Part shown: positions 1-10,458 of the stretch, one piece after another
Numbering within the stretch: the first letter of the stretch is position 1
Layout of the letters: each line of letters starts with the position of its first letter
NCBI GenBank assembly: GCA_041937175.2
Contig: CP166615.1
Coordinates: 2,048,001-2,112,000 of the forward strand
Reading direction: 5' to 3'
DNA length: 64,000 bases
Source: Limnothrix sp. BL-A-16
GTDB taxonomy: Bacteria; Cyanobacteriota; Cyanobacteriia; CACIAM-69d
Notes under the pieces: generated by a model
The model's database searches: none
What the model was told of the DNA's origin: nothing
Seen by the model: the letters and a program-made list of their open reading frames with translations, nothing else
Position numbers and translations under genes: made by a program

Positions 1-2172
1 ATCGCCCCGCAGGGCATCCATTCTTTGATGCTTTATGGCTGTCCCGATCGCCCGGAGGCCGCGCCCCAGTGGGTGGAATGGATGGACTTGCCAGCGGCCA
101 GCCGATCGGACTTGGCCGAATCCACCCTCACCCTGGCCCAAAGTGACGATCACGCGGCCCAGGTGTTCTTGCTGGAGCGGCTGATTAATCCGCATTTAGA
201 TCAGTGGATGGCTTCCGGAGGGCTGCGGGTTCAGCTCTGTCGGCGGGGCGATTTGCTGCATGTGATGTTGGATGGGCCCCGTTGCCCCGAACAGGCCACC
301 GTAACCACTGCCGTGGCTAAGCTGATCCATGATTTGCAAGTGCCGGGTCTGTCCGGGGTGCGGATCTATGGACGGGCGGCCGGCAGCAAACAGCCCCAAT
401 GGCAATTTGCCGAAGATTTCACCGCCCGCTCTGGCCGTCTCAGCTCCCATGATGCGGTGCCGGATTTTGTGGGCGCGGAGGCGGCCGCGGCCCGGGCAGC
501 CGAAGCCACCGCCACTGCCCCCCATTCACCCCATGGTTCCGATGGGGCCCTTGCCCGGGAGTTTGATCCAGAGTTGGATCAGCCCATTGAACGAGAATCG
601 TTGCAGCCCCTGTCGTTACCCGATGCTGGGCGATCGGGCTGGTCTTGGTCTCAGTTCTGGGAACGGGCTTGGGTGGAAGCGAGATCGACCCTCACGGCCA
701 CGGGCATTTGGACCACGGACGCGGAACCGCCCGAGTCAGCCACCACCCATCCCAACACCCGCACCCGGGTTTGGTATTCCGATCGCCCGGAACCGGCCCC
801 ATGGCTCCCCCTCCTCAGCGCCGGGGCGATCGGGTGCAGCCTCGTTGTGGGGCTAGATTGGATTGCCGCTCGGCCCGAATGGGCCCTGTCTTCGGCCGCC
901 CAAGCCCGCCGTTCCGCCTCGGCCCTGTTGAACCTCTCCAGCGGCCCAGCCGAAGCAGCGGAGGTGCTCCCGGAACCGCCCCAGTTTCCCAGTTTTAATA
1001 GCCCCCAGTTCGATCGCCAGCTTCTGCTCTATCAGCAGTTTGTGCTGCGGGAAGGCGTGCCCGATGTGTTGGTGGTGGGCAGTTCTCGGGCCCTGCGCGG
1101 CATTGACCCCGCCCGATTGCGTGATCAGTTGGCTCGCCATGGTCACCCCAAGCTCAAAATCTTTAACTTTGGGATTAATGGGGCCACGGCCAAGGTTGTG
1201 CAGGCGATCGTACAGGGCATTTTGCCGCCGGAACAACTGCCCAAGCTCATTCTCTGGGCCGATGGCACTCGCGCCTTTAACAGCGGGCGGGCCGATGCCA
1301 CCTACCAAGCCATGGCCGCCTCGCCCGCTTACCGGGCCCTGCAACAGGGGAAATTTCCGCGCCCCGTGAGTCCGTTGGTCAGTGTCCCGAGCGGGGCCAC
1401 ACCCCCGCCACCACCGGCACCGCCCGATCGCCCCAGTAGCCTCACCAGCACCCGCGAAGCTCCGGCCCTGCTGCGTCAATCTTGGCTAGGCTCCACCGTC
1501 GAAACCATCCCCACCCCCGAAGATGTGGAAGCCTGGTTGCAGGAGCGCACCACGGGACTCTCCCAGGTGCATAGCCGCCGTGATAGTCTCAAGGCCACCC
1601 TGCGCGATCGGTGGCAAGGGTGGGATCTATTTGCGTTATTGGGTGCTCGCGAGACCCTCCGTCGGGGTCTCAGCCCTGCTCTGCCCGATTTGGTGCAGGG
1701 GGCCCGGGCCCACTTGGGGAAAGTGGCGGCCACGGCTGGTACAGGGCGTGATGGGGTAGTGGATTTACACGGCTTCTTACCCCTGTCTGTCAAGTTTGAT
1801 CCGGCTACGTACTATCAAACCTATCCACGGGTTCCGGGGGATTTTGATAGCGATTACCGTAGTTTTTCCTTGGGGGGCGAGCAGTTTGATGCGCTGACGG
1901 GAATTCTGCAATATACCCAACAGCGAGGAGTAAAGGTGGCTTTTGTGAATGTGCCTTTGACGGATGACTATTTAGATCCGCCCCGATCGGCCTATGAGCA
2001 AAAGTTTCACCAATTCATGAATTCACAGCCGTTGTTATATCTCAATCTCTCGCGGCTTTGGGTGAATAAGTACGATCGATTCTCGGATCCCAGCCACCTC
2101 AATCGCTACGGGGCCCAGTCCCTAACAGATGCGATCGCCCAGCAGAAAACCATCCCTTGGCCAAGCCCCTAG
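1..2172 (+). CDS. DUF1574-like / SGNH-hydrolase-like membrane-anchored protein, 5'-truncated by window edge
   Basis: Frame is open from base 1; one TM segment; C-terminal SGNH-like blocks VLVVGSSRALRG, FNFGINGAT and FSDPSHLN. Confidence 0.7.
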   Translation: MAPQGIHSLMLYGCPDRPEAAPQWVEWMDLPAASRSDLAESTLTLAQSDDHAAQVFLLERLINPHLDQWMASGGLRVQLCRRGDLLHVMLDGPRCPEQATVTTAVAKLIHDLQVPGLSGVRIYGRAAGSKQPQWQFAEDFTARSGRLSSHDAVPDFVGAEAAAARAAEATATAPHSPHGSDGALAREFDPELDQPIERESLQPLSLPDAGRSGWSWSQFWERAWVEARSTLTATGIWTTDAEPPESATTHPNTRTRVWYSDRPEPAPWLPLLSAGAIGCSLVVGLDWIAARPEWALSSAAQARRSASALLNLSSGPAEAAEVLPEPPQFPSFNSPQFDRQLLLYQQFVLREGVPDVLVVGSSRALRGIDPARLRDQLARHGHPKLKIFNFGINGATAKVVQAIVQGILPPEQLPKLILWADGTRAFNSGRADATYQAMAASPAYRALQQGKFPRPVSPLVSVPSGATPPPPPAPPDRPSSLTSTREAPALLRQSWLGSTVETIPTPEDVEAWLQERTTGLSQVHSRRDSLKATLRDRWQGWDLFALLGARETLRRGLSPALPDLVQGARAHLGKVAATAGTGRDGVVDLHGFLPLSVKFDPATYYQTYPRVPGDFDSDYRSFSLGGEQFDALTGILQYTQQRGVKVAFVNVPLTDDYLDPPRSAYEQKFHQFMNSQPLLYLNLSRLWVNKYDRFSDPSHLNRYGAQSLTDAIAQQKTIPWPSP

Positions 2173-2569
2173 AGGGTGAAACCTCAGGGACTCAGGATAA
2201 CTCTCCGGGGTACGATCGCAAATGTTTGTATAACCAATCAATCTCTTCCATGGGCAGAGACCGGTTGGGAGGATCACCCCAAGCGCGATCAAAACTTCGT
2301 TACGGTTGAGCCAAGGCTTGATTCGCTTCGCTTGATTGGCTGAATTCACTGAATTCGCTAGATTAACTTAGTTGCTTTGACTGGCGGAAAATTGGCGGTG
2401 GGACAATTTCAGCCCATCAGTGGCGAATTCTTCTCCCTCGGTCTAACAATAAGGTGGGTCGCAAAGGGGCATTGGGTGGGGAGCTGCCCTTTGCAGTTAG
2501 GCTGAATTCTTGATTTGATTGTTTCCGTTTTGTGTTTGCGCCTCTGCTCCTTTGGGTTGCGCCATCGTC

Positions 2570-5092
2570 ATGACTTTTGCTGGCACTGGCAGTTTTTTGG
2601 CATCGTTAACGCGACCCGATCGGGTGGGCTTGCTCACCCAACGGGTTAAAGATCTTCCGGTTGCGGAATTTGTTTGCCTCCTGGACTTCATCACAGCGGA
2701 GTTTCAGCAGTTTTTGCGTGCCTTTGATTTGGTCAATAATGCGGCGCTCGAAAGCATCCTGGAGCAAATTCTCGATGCCTTGACCCTCAAAATTGGGCTG
2801 ATTTTGCAGGCGGAACGCACCACCATTTTTTTGCTGGATCCCGATCGCGCGGAGCTGTGGGCCCGGCCCAATGGCGATCAGGTGTCCGCGGCCGATGAAA
2901 TTCGGATTCCGCTGAATGTGGGCATCACGGGCCGATCGGCTGCCACGGGTGAGGTGGTCAACATGGCTAATGTGCAGCAGGCGGCGGGGTTTGAGCTGGC
3001 CTTTGATGGTCTGGGCGATCGCCCCACGGAGGCCCTGCTTTGTATGCCCATTCGCAGCACCGATGGGGCCGTGGTGGCCGTGGTGCAATTGCTGAATAAA
3101 ACCACTGCCCCGGCCTTTGACCGCGAAGACGAGGCCCGCTTTCGGGAATTTGCGGAATCGATCGGGATCATCCTGGAAAGTTGCCAGTCCTTTTATCAAG
3201 CGGCCCGTAACCAACGCGGGGTGGCCGCTCTGCTGAAGGTCACCACCCTATTTGCCCAAACGGGCCTGGAATTGGATCGGGTTTTGCAGGCGGTGATGGC
3301 GGAAGCCCGCGACTTTATGCAGGCGGAATATGGCACGTTGTACCGGCTCGATCGGGACACGGGCCGGCTGCGCACCACCTTTGAGGATGGGCGATCGTTG
3401 GAGGTGTCGAGCGATCGGGGGTTGGTGGGCCATGTGGTGCGCAAGGGACAGCCCCTGAACCTGAGCCATGCGCCCTCCCACGAGGATTTTGATGCCCTGC
3501 TCGATCGCCCCCATGGTCTGAATACTCGGAATGCCCTTTGCTTGCCGATCTTTGACCCCTCGGGGCAACTGATTGGCGTGAGTCAACTGCTCAACCGCAA
3601 ACAGGGCAATTTCACCGCCTCCGATGAAGCCTTCATGCGGGCCTTCAACACCCAGGCCGGCATCGCCCTGGAAAATGCCCGCCTTTTTGACAGCGTACTC
3701 ACGGAACAGCAGTACCAAAAAGACATCCTGCGGAGCCTGTCCAATGGCGTAATTTCCACGGATCTGCAAGGGCGGGTGGTGACGATCAACGAGGCCGCTT
3801 TGGAACTGCTGGGCTGTCCAGTGCGGCGGGACGGGATGGCGGGTCGCCGCAGCATCCAAACCATCTGGGAACAGCAACTTCTGAAACGGCCCGTGTGGGA
3901 AATTATCCCGATCGAGTCCTTGGAAACACGCTTGAAAGACAGCCTCAGTACCGGCGCACGCCATCGGGTTCCTGAGCAGGCCCTGCGGGTTGGGCGTTAC
4001 TTCAGCCCCCAAGAGGGAACCGTCTGGGTCGTCCCCCAGGGCAACAATCAAGTGCGGCTGTGGAACGATCCGGCCCGCCCGCTGGAGTATCTAAATCCCG
4101 ATGATATGCAACTGTTCGATCGCAACGTCAACCTAGCCGTGAATCCCCTGACGGATTTGGATGGCAAAGTGCGGGGCGGGTTGGTGGTGTTAGAAGACAT
4201 CAGCCGCGAACAACGACTCAAGGCCACCATGTCTCGCTACATGACCCCCGAGGTGGCCGAGCGGGCCGTGGAACTGGGGGCAGACATGCTGACCGGCGAG
4301 CGCAAGGATGTGACAATCCTGTTTTGCGATATTCGGGGCTACACCAGCTTGGCCGAGGCTCTGGATGCCACGGAGGTGGTGGCCCTGCTGAATCAATATT
4401 TTGAAACCATGGTGGAGGCCATTTTCGATCGCAAGGGCACCCTCGACAAATTCATTGGCGATGCGCTGATGGCGGTCTTTGGTGCGCCGTTGCCCCTCGA
4501 AGAGGATCACGCCTGGTTAGCGGTGCTGACGGCTTTGGATATGCGCGATCGCCTGAAGGTGTTTAACCGAGCCTTGGTGGCCACCGATCGACCACCCCTC
4601 CGCGTTGGCATTGGTATCAGCTCCGGCGAGGTGATTGTGGGTAACATCGGTTCCCAACGGCGCATGGACTACACCGCGATCGGGGATGCCGTGAACGTCA
4701 GCTCCCGCCTGGAAGGGCTAACCAAAGAATATGGCTGTGACATCATCCTCAGCGAAGCCACCTACGAGCGCTGTGCCGATCGGCTCTGGGTGCGCGAACT
4801 CGATCGGGTGCGGGTGAAAGGCCGCACCAAACCAATTCGCATCTTTGAACTGATTGGCGATCGCGCCCGTCCCCTCTCCTTTGAAGATGAAACCTTCCTG
4901 GAACAATACGAACTGGGCAAAGAAGCCTTTAACCGCTTCCATTTCCACAAAGCCATGGTGCATTTTGCCGCCGCCCAGCAACTGCGGCCCCATGATCACT
5001 CCGTGAAACTCCATATAGAACGGGCAACCCAATATCTGGATTGCCCGCCCCCAGAATACTGGGATGGGGTTTTTAACACCCCCAACATGTAG
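2570..5092 (+). CDS. cyaB1: Class III adenylate cyclase, GAF-GAF-PAS-cyclase (CyaB1 type)
   Basis: Two GAF domains with NKFDE-like motifs; PAS; catalytic motifs LFCDIRGYT, DKFIGDA and YTAIGDAVNVSSRLE; N-terminus EFVCLLDFITAEFQQFLRA resembles Anabaena CyaB1. Confidence 0.9.
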   Translation: MTFAGTGSFLASLTRPDRVGLLTQRVKDLPVAEFVCLLDFITAEFQQFLRAFDLVNNAALESILEQILDALTLKIGLILQAERTTIFLLDPDRAELWARPNGDQVSAADEIRIPLNVGITGRSAATGEVVNMANVQQAAGFELAFDGLGDRPTEALLCMPIRSTDGAVVAVVQLLNKTTAPAFDREDEARFREFAESIGIILESCQSFYQAARNQRGVAALLKVTTLFAQTGLELDRVLQAVMAEARDFMQAEYGTLYRLDRDTGRLRTTFEDGRSLEVSSDRGLVGHVVRKGQPLNLSHAPSHEDFDALLDRPHGLNTRNALCLPIFDPSGQLIGVSQLLNRKQGNFTASDEAFMRAFNTQAGIALENARLFDSVLTEQQYQKDILRSLSNGVISTDLQGRVVTINEAALELLGCPVRRDGMAGRRSIQTIWEQQLLKRPVWEIIPIESLETRLKDSLSTGARHRVPEQALRVGRYFSPQEGTVWVVPQGNNQVRLWNDPARPLEYLNPDDMQLFDRNVNLAVNPLTDLDGKVRGGLVVLEDISREQRLKATMSRYMTPEVAERAVELGADMLTGERKDVTILFCDIRGYTSLAEALDATEVVALLNQYFETMVEAIFDRKGTLDKFIGDALMAVFGAPLPLEEDHAWLAVLTALDMRDRLKVFNRALVATDRPPLRVGIGISSGEVIVGNIGSQRRMDYTAIGDAVNVSSRLEGLTKEYGCDIILSEATYERCADRLWVRELDRVRVKGRTKPIRIFELIGDRARPLSFEDETFLEQYELGKEAFNRFHFHKAMVHFAAAQQLRPHDHSVKLHIERATQYLDCPPPEYWDGVFNTPNM

Positions 5093-5186
5093 GCGATCGG
5101 TTCGCCAATCGGTGAAAAACTCTGCCACCTGAAACCAAGTGGCAGCGCCCGTCCAAAGCATGAAGTTGTAAAGATCAGTCACCCTA

Positions 5187-5421
5187 AACAAGGGGCTTAA
5201 GCCCCTTGTCCCCCACGGTCTCGCCACGATGGAATCAGGGTTTCAGGCAATTCGACGATAGGCCCTAGGGGGTGTCGTCATTTTTCGAGGTGATGCTGAA
5301 ACGGCTGATCTTCCGTACCCTAATCGTCGTAACAAGATGCTCAAGCCCCTTGTCCCCCACGATCCGCTAACGGCAGATCTAGGGTTTCGGGTTCAACGAC
5401 GACAAGCCCTAAGCCCCTTGT
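5187..5421. repeat. Cluster of three REP-like palindromes (CAAGGGGCTTAAGCCCCTTG family); the first two lie in a duplicated ~80-bp unit 144 bp apart
   Basis: Perfect 20-bp palindrome at 5189-5208; variants at about 5333-5352 and 5402-5421; lies between convergent cyaB1 and pdhB. Confidence 0.8.
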
Positions 5422-5506
5422 GACCTCGCGATCGGGTAACGGCAACAGTCGTTTAACTTGACCGATCAAAATAAGTTTGCCGTGCTGCTAGACGCGGCGA
5501 TCCTAA

Positions 5507-6490
5507 CTAAATGCGGTTGTCCAACAGTTTCTTCGTGGCTTCCACAATTTGGCCTGGTTGCACGATCGTCAGATTCTCCAACATCCCGTTATAGGGCGTG
5601 GGAATATCCTGCGAAGACAACCGTACCGGCGGTGCATCCAAATCATCAAAGCATTGTTCAATGATCTGGGCCGTCAGTTCTGCCGCAATGCCGCCCGTCT
5701 TCATGCACTCTTCCACAATCAGCACCCGATGGGTCTTACGCACTGACGCGGCGATCGTGGCCATATCCAACGGTTTCAGGGAAATCAGGTCAATCACTTC
5801 CGGATCGATCCCTTCCTTCTCCAGGGTTTTCACCGCCTGCATCACGTGGTGGCGCATTCGGGAATAGGTCAGGATCGTGATGTCCTCGCCCGATCGCACC
5901 ACTTCCGCCTTATCCAACGGCAGCAGATATTCTTCGTCCGGCAAATCTTCCTTCAGGTTGTAGAGCAGCACATGCTCAAAAAACAGCACCGGGTTATTGT
6001 CGCGAATGGCAGACTTCAACAGACCCTTGGCGTTATAGGGCGTGGAACAAGCCACAATTTTCAACCCAGGAACCGCTTGGAAATAAGCCTCTAGACGCTG
6101 GGAATGTTCTGCTCCCAACTGGCGACCCACCCCGCCGGGGCCCCGGATCACCATCGGAATCGTGAAGTTACCGCCGGAGGTGTAGCGCAGCATCCCGGCG
6201 TTGTTGGAAATTTGGTTAAAGGCCAGCAACAAAAAGCCCATATTCATGCCTTCCACGATCGGGCGAAGACCCGTCATCGCCGCTCCCACAGCCATCCCCG
6301 TAAAGCTGTTTTCGGCGATCGGGGTATCCAGCAGCCGCAGATCACCGTATTTCTTATACAAATCCTTGGTGACCTTGTAGGAGCCGCCATAGTGACCCAC
6401 ATCTTCTCCCATCACCAACACCCGAGGGTCACGGGCCATTTCTTCGTCGGTTGCTTCACGAAGGGCGTTGAAGAAAATCGTTTCTGCCAT
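5507..6490 (-). CDS. pdhB: Pyruvate dehydrogenase E1 beta subunit
   Basis: [20 protein letters not shown] and [12 protein letters not shown] motifs; 327 aa. Confidence 0.97.
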   Translation of the reverse strand: MAETIFFNALREATDEEMARDPRVLVMGEDVGHYGGSYKVTKDLYKKYGDLRLLDTPIAENSFTGMAVGAAMTGLRPIVEGMNMGFLLLAFNQISNNAGMLRYTSGGNFTIPMVIRGPGGVGRQLGAEHSQRLEAYFQAVPGLKIVACSTPYNAKGLLKSAIRDNNPVLFFEHVLLYNLKEDLPDEEYLLPLDKAEVVRSGEDITILTYSRMRHHVMQAVKTLEKEGIDPEVIDLISLKPLDMATIAASVRKTHRVLIVEECMKTGGIAAELTAQIIEQCFDDLDAPPVRLSSQDIPTPYNGMLENLTIVQPGQIVEATKKLLDNRI

Positions 6491-6776
6491 CGGTTTGTTG
6501 TGGAATTCGTTGTGGAAGTTGAATCAAGGTTGGCTCAGCGGGGTTTATTGTACCGCCAAGGTTGCGCCCGATCGCGCCGAACTCCGGCCATGGGGCCCCA
6601 AATCCCGTCACGGTTTGTTCAAAAATCAACCTTAACGATCGCCCCCAACCCACGGAAACCAAGCCACAATACGAGGCGACGCGCACTGCAAACCGCGCCA
6701 CCGCAAACCGCACCAAAAACCCCACGCTCGCTAGGGTTTTGATTTTTAGGGTTTTGACTTTAAGGACGGATTCACC

Positions 6777-7226
6777 ATGGGCCTACTTGACAGCGTGTTT
6801 CGGAAAGCAACTCCCGACGGGACGATCACCCTGTCCTCGCCCGAGGCGTTTGCGGCGATTTTGGTGATTGCCATGGCCGCCGACGGTTACGCCACCGATG
6901 AAGAAGTGCGCACCCTCCGCGACAGCCTCTATCGAATGCAACTGTTCAAGCGCTTTGACGAAGAGCACATGGCCAAAATGATCGACAAACTCTTGGGCAT
7001 CATGCAATCCCAAGGGCCCGATGCGCTGTTCCAAGGGGCCCAAGTGGCCTTGCCCGAAGAGCTGCGCGAAACCGCCTACGCCGTGGCCGCCGATATGACC
7101 CTCACGGACGGAACCTTGGACGCTTCCGAGCAAGAATTTCTGACGGAACTGGCCAGCGCCCTCGCCATTTCCCCCCAAACCGCTGAATTGTTGATCACCG
7201 CCATGACCATCAAAAATCGCGGCTAA
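6777..7226 (+). CDS. TerB-family (tellurite resistance-like) protein
   Basis: AMAADG...EE and MTLTDGTLDASEQEFL paired acidic motifs typical of the TerB fold. Confidence 0.8.
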   Translation: MGLLDSVFRKATPDGTITLSSPEAFAAILVIAMAADGYATDEEVRTLRDSLYRMQLFKRFDEEHMAKMIDKLLGIMQSQGPDALFQGAQVALPEELRETAYAVAADMTLTDGTLDASEQEFLTELASALAISPQTAELLITAMTIKNRG

Positions 7227-7447
7227 GCAAAAATCGCGGCTAAGGCTGAGGCCAACAGGTCAGCAGCCCAAGAACCGCGATCGGGGGTAGGCTGCCCCAG
7301 AAGCGCAGCAGTTTTTGAGGGCTAATCAGAGGGCTAATCAACGGAGCGATCGACCACCGCCCCAGAAAGATTTCCTCAAACGCTCGTTTGGGGAGCACCG
7401 TTTGCTAGGCTGGCTTTGCACCGAAATGCAATCTCCAACGTTCCTCA

Positions 7448-7999
7448 ATGGGCGCGACTTTAGAACAAATTGCCAGCTACCTCGATCGCCGGGGTTGGAC
7501 CTACGACATTGACCACGAGCGATCGTGGATTGTCACCGCCGTTCAGGCCGACAACCTTGATGACTTTCAATTGGTGGTGCAGCTCGAAGAAGAAGGGCGT
7601 TTTTTCAAGCTGTTTGCGCCCCAGGTCATCAGCGGTATTCAAAGCCACCCTCACAAAGCCGCCATTTTGCAAACCATGTTGAGCATTTCCTGGGAAACCA
7701 AAATGCTCCAGTGGGAATATGACCCCTCCGATGGGGAAATTCGGGCCATCATTGAATTTCCCCTGGAAGATGCGCCCCTCACGGAAAAACAATTTAATCG
7801 CTGCTTGGTGGGGCTGATTCAGATTGTTGATGATTTCGCCATGCCGCGCCTGATGGCGGTGATGGAAACTGGGCTAGACCCAAACGATGAGGAGGTTGGG
7901 GAGCGGCTGTTGTTGGCCCTCCAGGAAGAAGCCCCCGGCCTGTTGGGCCTGTTGGAACGGGCCATGGAAGCTCGCAAGCGGCGCGGCTTGTTCCCTTGA
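7448..7999 (+). CDS. Conserved cyanobacterial YbjN-like protein
   Basis: 183 aa; WETKMLQWEYDPSDGEIRAIIEFPLED block. Confidence 0.65.
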   Translation: MGATLEQIASYLDRRGWTYDIDHERSWIVTAVQADNLDDFQLVVQLEEEGRFFKLFAPQVISGIQSHPHKAAILQTMLSISWETKMLQWEYDPSDGEIRAIIEFPLEDAPLTEKQFNRCLVGLIQIVDDFAMPRLMAVMETGLDPNDEEVGERLLLALQEEAPGLLGLLERAMEARKRRGLFP

Positions 8000-8264
8000 A
8001 GAACCAATGGCGCGATCAATCCAGCGATTGGTCTCCACCAGCGCTTAATCTCCAATCATGATCAGAGTGCTGACAACGAGCTGCTGAGGGCAAGGGCATT
8101 ACGCGAAGTCGAGATAAAGAGGGCTAATTCACCGGTCGTTTTGGGTTGAGTCTTTTACGGTTCCTTTGCGATCGGCAGTGGATTGATAGTTGATTGGGTT
8201 GCCGAGGCCCGCAAGAAGATGCTGAGGCCGGTGGCCAGGAATCGGCACAGGAGCGAGAGGAGGA

Positions 8265-9239
8265 GTGATGATCAACACGGCAAGGGGCGATCGGGTGGAC
8301 ATGGCTCCCGTCACGATCGCCATCATTGGTGCGGGCGTTTGGGGATCGGCCTTGGCCCGGCTGGCGCGGCAAAATCCCCAAGCGATCGTGCGGCTGTGGT
8401 CGCGGCGGAATCTCGAGAGCCTGGGAGAAGCGATCAGGGGAGCCAACTTCGTCCTGTCGGCGGTGTCAATGAAGGGGGTCAGTGACTCGATCGCCCGGTT
8501 AGCGGCCACGGAGATGCCCCCCTCCACGGTGTTGATCACCGCCACCAAGGGACTGGATGCCCAGAGCCACCAAACGCCTTCCCAGATGTGGCATTCGGCT
8601 TTTCCCCAGAACCCGATCGTCGTGTTGTCGGGGCCCAACCTCTCCCAGGAAATTGAACATGGGTTGCCGGCCGCCACGGTGGTGGCCAGCTATGACCAAG
8701 GGGCGGCCGAAGCGGCCCAGCGGCTCTTTGCCTCCAATGTGTTGCGAGTCTATGCCAACCTCGACCCGATCGGGACGGAATTGGGCGGAACCCTCAAGAA
8801 CGTGATGGCGATCGCGGCGGGCGTTTGCGACGGTCTGCAATTGGGAACCAACGCCAAGGCGGCCCTCCTGACCCGGGCCCTGCCGGAAATGATTCGGATT
8901 GGCACGCATTTGGGGGCCCAGGCGGAAACATTTTTCGGGTTGGCGGGCTTGGGCGATTTGCTGGCCACCTGTAACAGCGCCCTCTCGCGCAATTACCAGG
9001 TGGGCTATGGTCTGGCCCAAGGAAAACCGCTCGATCGCGTCCTGGCGGAAATTCACAGCACCGTGGAGGGGATCAACACCGTGGAAGTGTTGGTGGCCAT
9101 TGCCCGCGAGCAACAAATTCCTGTCCCGATCGCCCGTCAAGTCCATCGCCTGTTGCATGGCCAAATCACACCGCAGCAGGCCGTGCGCGCCTTGATTGAT
9201 CGCGATCTCAAGCAAGAATTTGAAGACGAATTGCTTTGA
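8265..9239 (+). CDS. gpsA: NAD(P)H-dependent glycerol-3-phosphate dehydrogenase (start may be 8301)
   Basis: GAGVWG Rossmann motif, ATKGL, LSGPN, GGTLKNVMAIAAG and SRNY motifs. Confidence 0.95.
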   Translation: MMINTARGDRVDMAPVTIAIIGAGVWGSALARLARQNPQAIVRLWSRRNLESLGEAIRGANFVLSAVSMKGVSDSIARLAATEMPPSTVLITATKGLDAQSHQTPSQMWHSAFPQNPIVVLSGPNLSQEIEHGLPAATVVASYDQGAAEAAQRLFASNVLRVYANLDPIGTELGGTLKNVMAIAAGVCDGLQLGTNAKAALLTRALPEMIRIGTHLGAQAETFFGLAGLGDLLATCNSALSRNYQVGYGLAQGKPLDRVLAEIHSTVEGINTVEVLVAIAREQQIPVPIARQVHRLLHGQITPQQAVRALIDRDLKQEFEDELL

Positions 9240-9506
9240 AGCAGTTGCCCGTTAATTCCCAACGAATCCCCAACGAATTCCAAACCAGTCCCAAACCAAC
9301 TCCCAAGCCATCGCCAGCCCAACGTGCGATCGCCCCACCTCAAGGCGCGTCCCCCAGACCAGCCGATCGCCCCGCCAAGCACTCGTCAAATTGCCCGTAA
9401 AATAAGGATTGGCTCATGGCTTCCAGGGCCGGCGTTTCCCAACTCAACGCCCCTTGTCCAGGCGATCGCCCTTTCCTCGCCGGTTGAAATCACCGTTGAA
9501 ATTCCC

Positions 9507-9713
9507 ATGCAAGACTTTTTGAATAACGTTTTACGCTATCCCCGATTTCTGATTAGCTTCAGCCTGGGCGTGGTGCTCACGCTGCTCTCGCCCTTTACGG
9601 GATTGATGCAAGACCGGCGATCGGCGATTGCCGTGGGCTGCCTGTTTGCCTCTGCCTTGGGATTTGTATTCTTTACGCTGCGGGCCATGTTGGGTTTGGC
9701 AGAAGTTCAATAG
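9507..9713 (+). CDS. ycf33: DUF751 / Ycf33 family small membrane protein
   Basis: MQDFLNNVLRYPRFLI...FFTLRAMLGL; directly upstream of rbfA. Confidence 0.8.
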   Translation: MQDFLNNVLRYPRFLISFSLGVVLTLLSPFTGLMQDRRSAIAVGCLFASALGFVFFTLRAMLGLAEVQ

Positions 9714-9880
9714 CGTTCAACGCCAGTCCAGTCCAACTTCAGGAGCGACGAACTCAAGGAGTAGCCAACTCAAGTTCAAGGCAAATTCAAATCAAGCTCA
9801 GCAAATTCAAATCAAGCTCAATCGAGCTTCATGGCCGATGCTTTAACGGCCTTTCGACTGCATTTTTGGAGAATTAAGCA

Positions 9881-10453
9881 ATGGCTACAAACCGGCGAGT
9901 CGCGCGGGTGGCGGAAATGATTCGGCGCGAAGTCAGCCAAATGCTGATGAATGATATTAAGGACGATCGGGTGGGGCTGGGAATGGTCAGCGTCACCGAT
10001 GTGGATGTGTCCGGCGATTTGCAACATGCCAAGATTTTTGTCAGTGTCTATGGCACAACGGAAGCTCGCGAAGCCGCCATGGCCGGTTTGCGATCGGCTA
10101 CTGGCTATGTGCGCAGCGAATTGGGGCAGCGGGTGCGGCTGCGACGAACCCCGGAAGTGATTTTCATCGAAGACAGTTCGATCGAGCGGGGGAGCCGCGT
10201 TCTCAGTCTTTTGGATCAGCTTGAACAACATCGCAAAGAACATCCCCTGGACTTGGAGACGGATCGCCAAATTGGGGCCGATTCAGACTTAGTTGATGAT
10301 GAACTAGATGACGAGCTAGATGATGAATTCGACGATGAACTAGACGACGAATTTGAAGACGAGTTCGACGATGAAGATGATGAATTCGACGATGAGCTAG
10401 ACGACGAAGACGAACTTGATCATGAATTAAATGCAGGATCAGAGGCTGGCTAA
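9881..10453 (+). CDS. rbfA: Ribosome-binding factor A with long acidic C-terminal tail
   Basis: [33 protein letters not shown] and LRRTPEVIF motifs. Confidence 0.95.
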   Translation: MATNRRVARVAEMIRREVSQMLMNDIKDDRVGLGMVSVTDVDVSGDLQHAKIFVSVYGTTEAREAAMAGLRSATGYVRSELGQRVRLRRTPEVIFIEDSSIERGSRVLSLLDQLEQHRKEHPLDLETDRQIGADSDLVDDELDDELDDEFDDELDDEFEDEFDDEDDEFDDELDDEDELDHELNAGSEAG

Positions 10454-10458
10454 TTGCC

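Noticed and set aside
5187..5421. Possible mini CRISPR array
   Set aside because: Units are degenerate, unevenly spaced (144 and ~70 bp), the intervening sequences resemble each other, the palindrome is dispersed elsewhere, and no cas genes are present
8265..9239. GpsA (and TilS at 20169-21212) shorter than enterobacterial orthologs
   Set aside because: Catalytic motifs are intact and compact forms are usual in cyanobacteria
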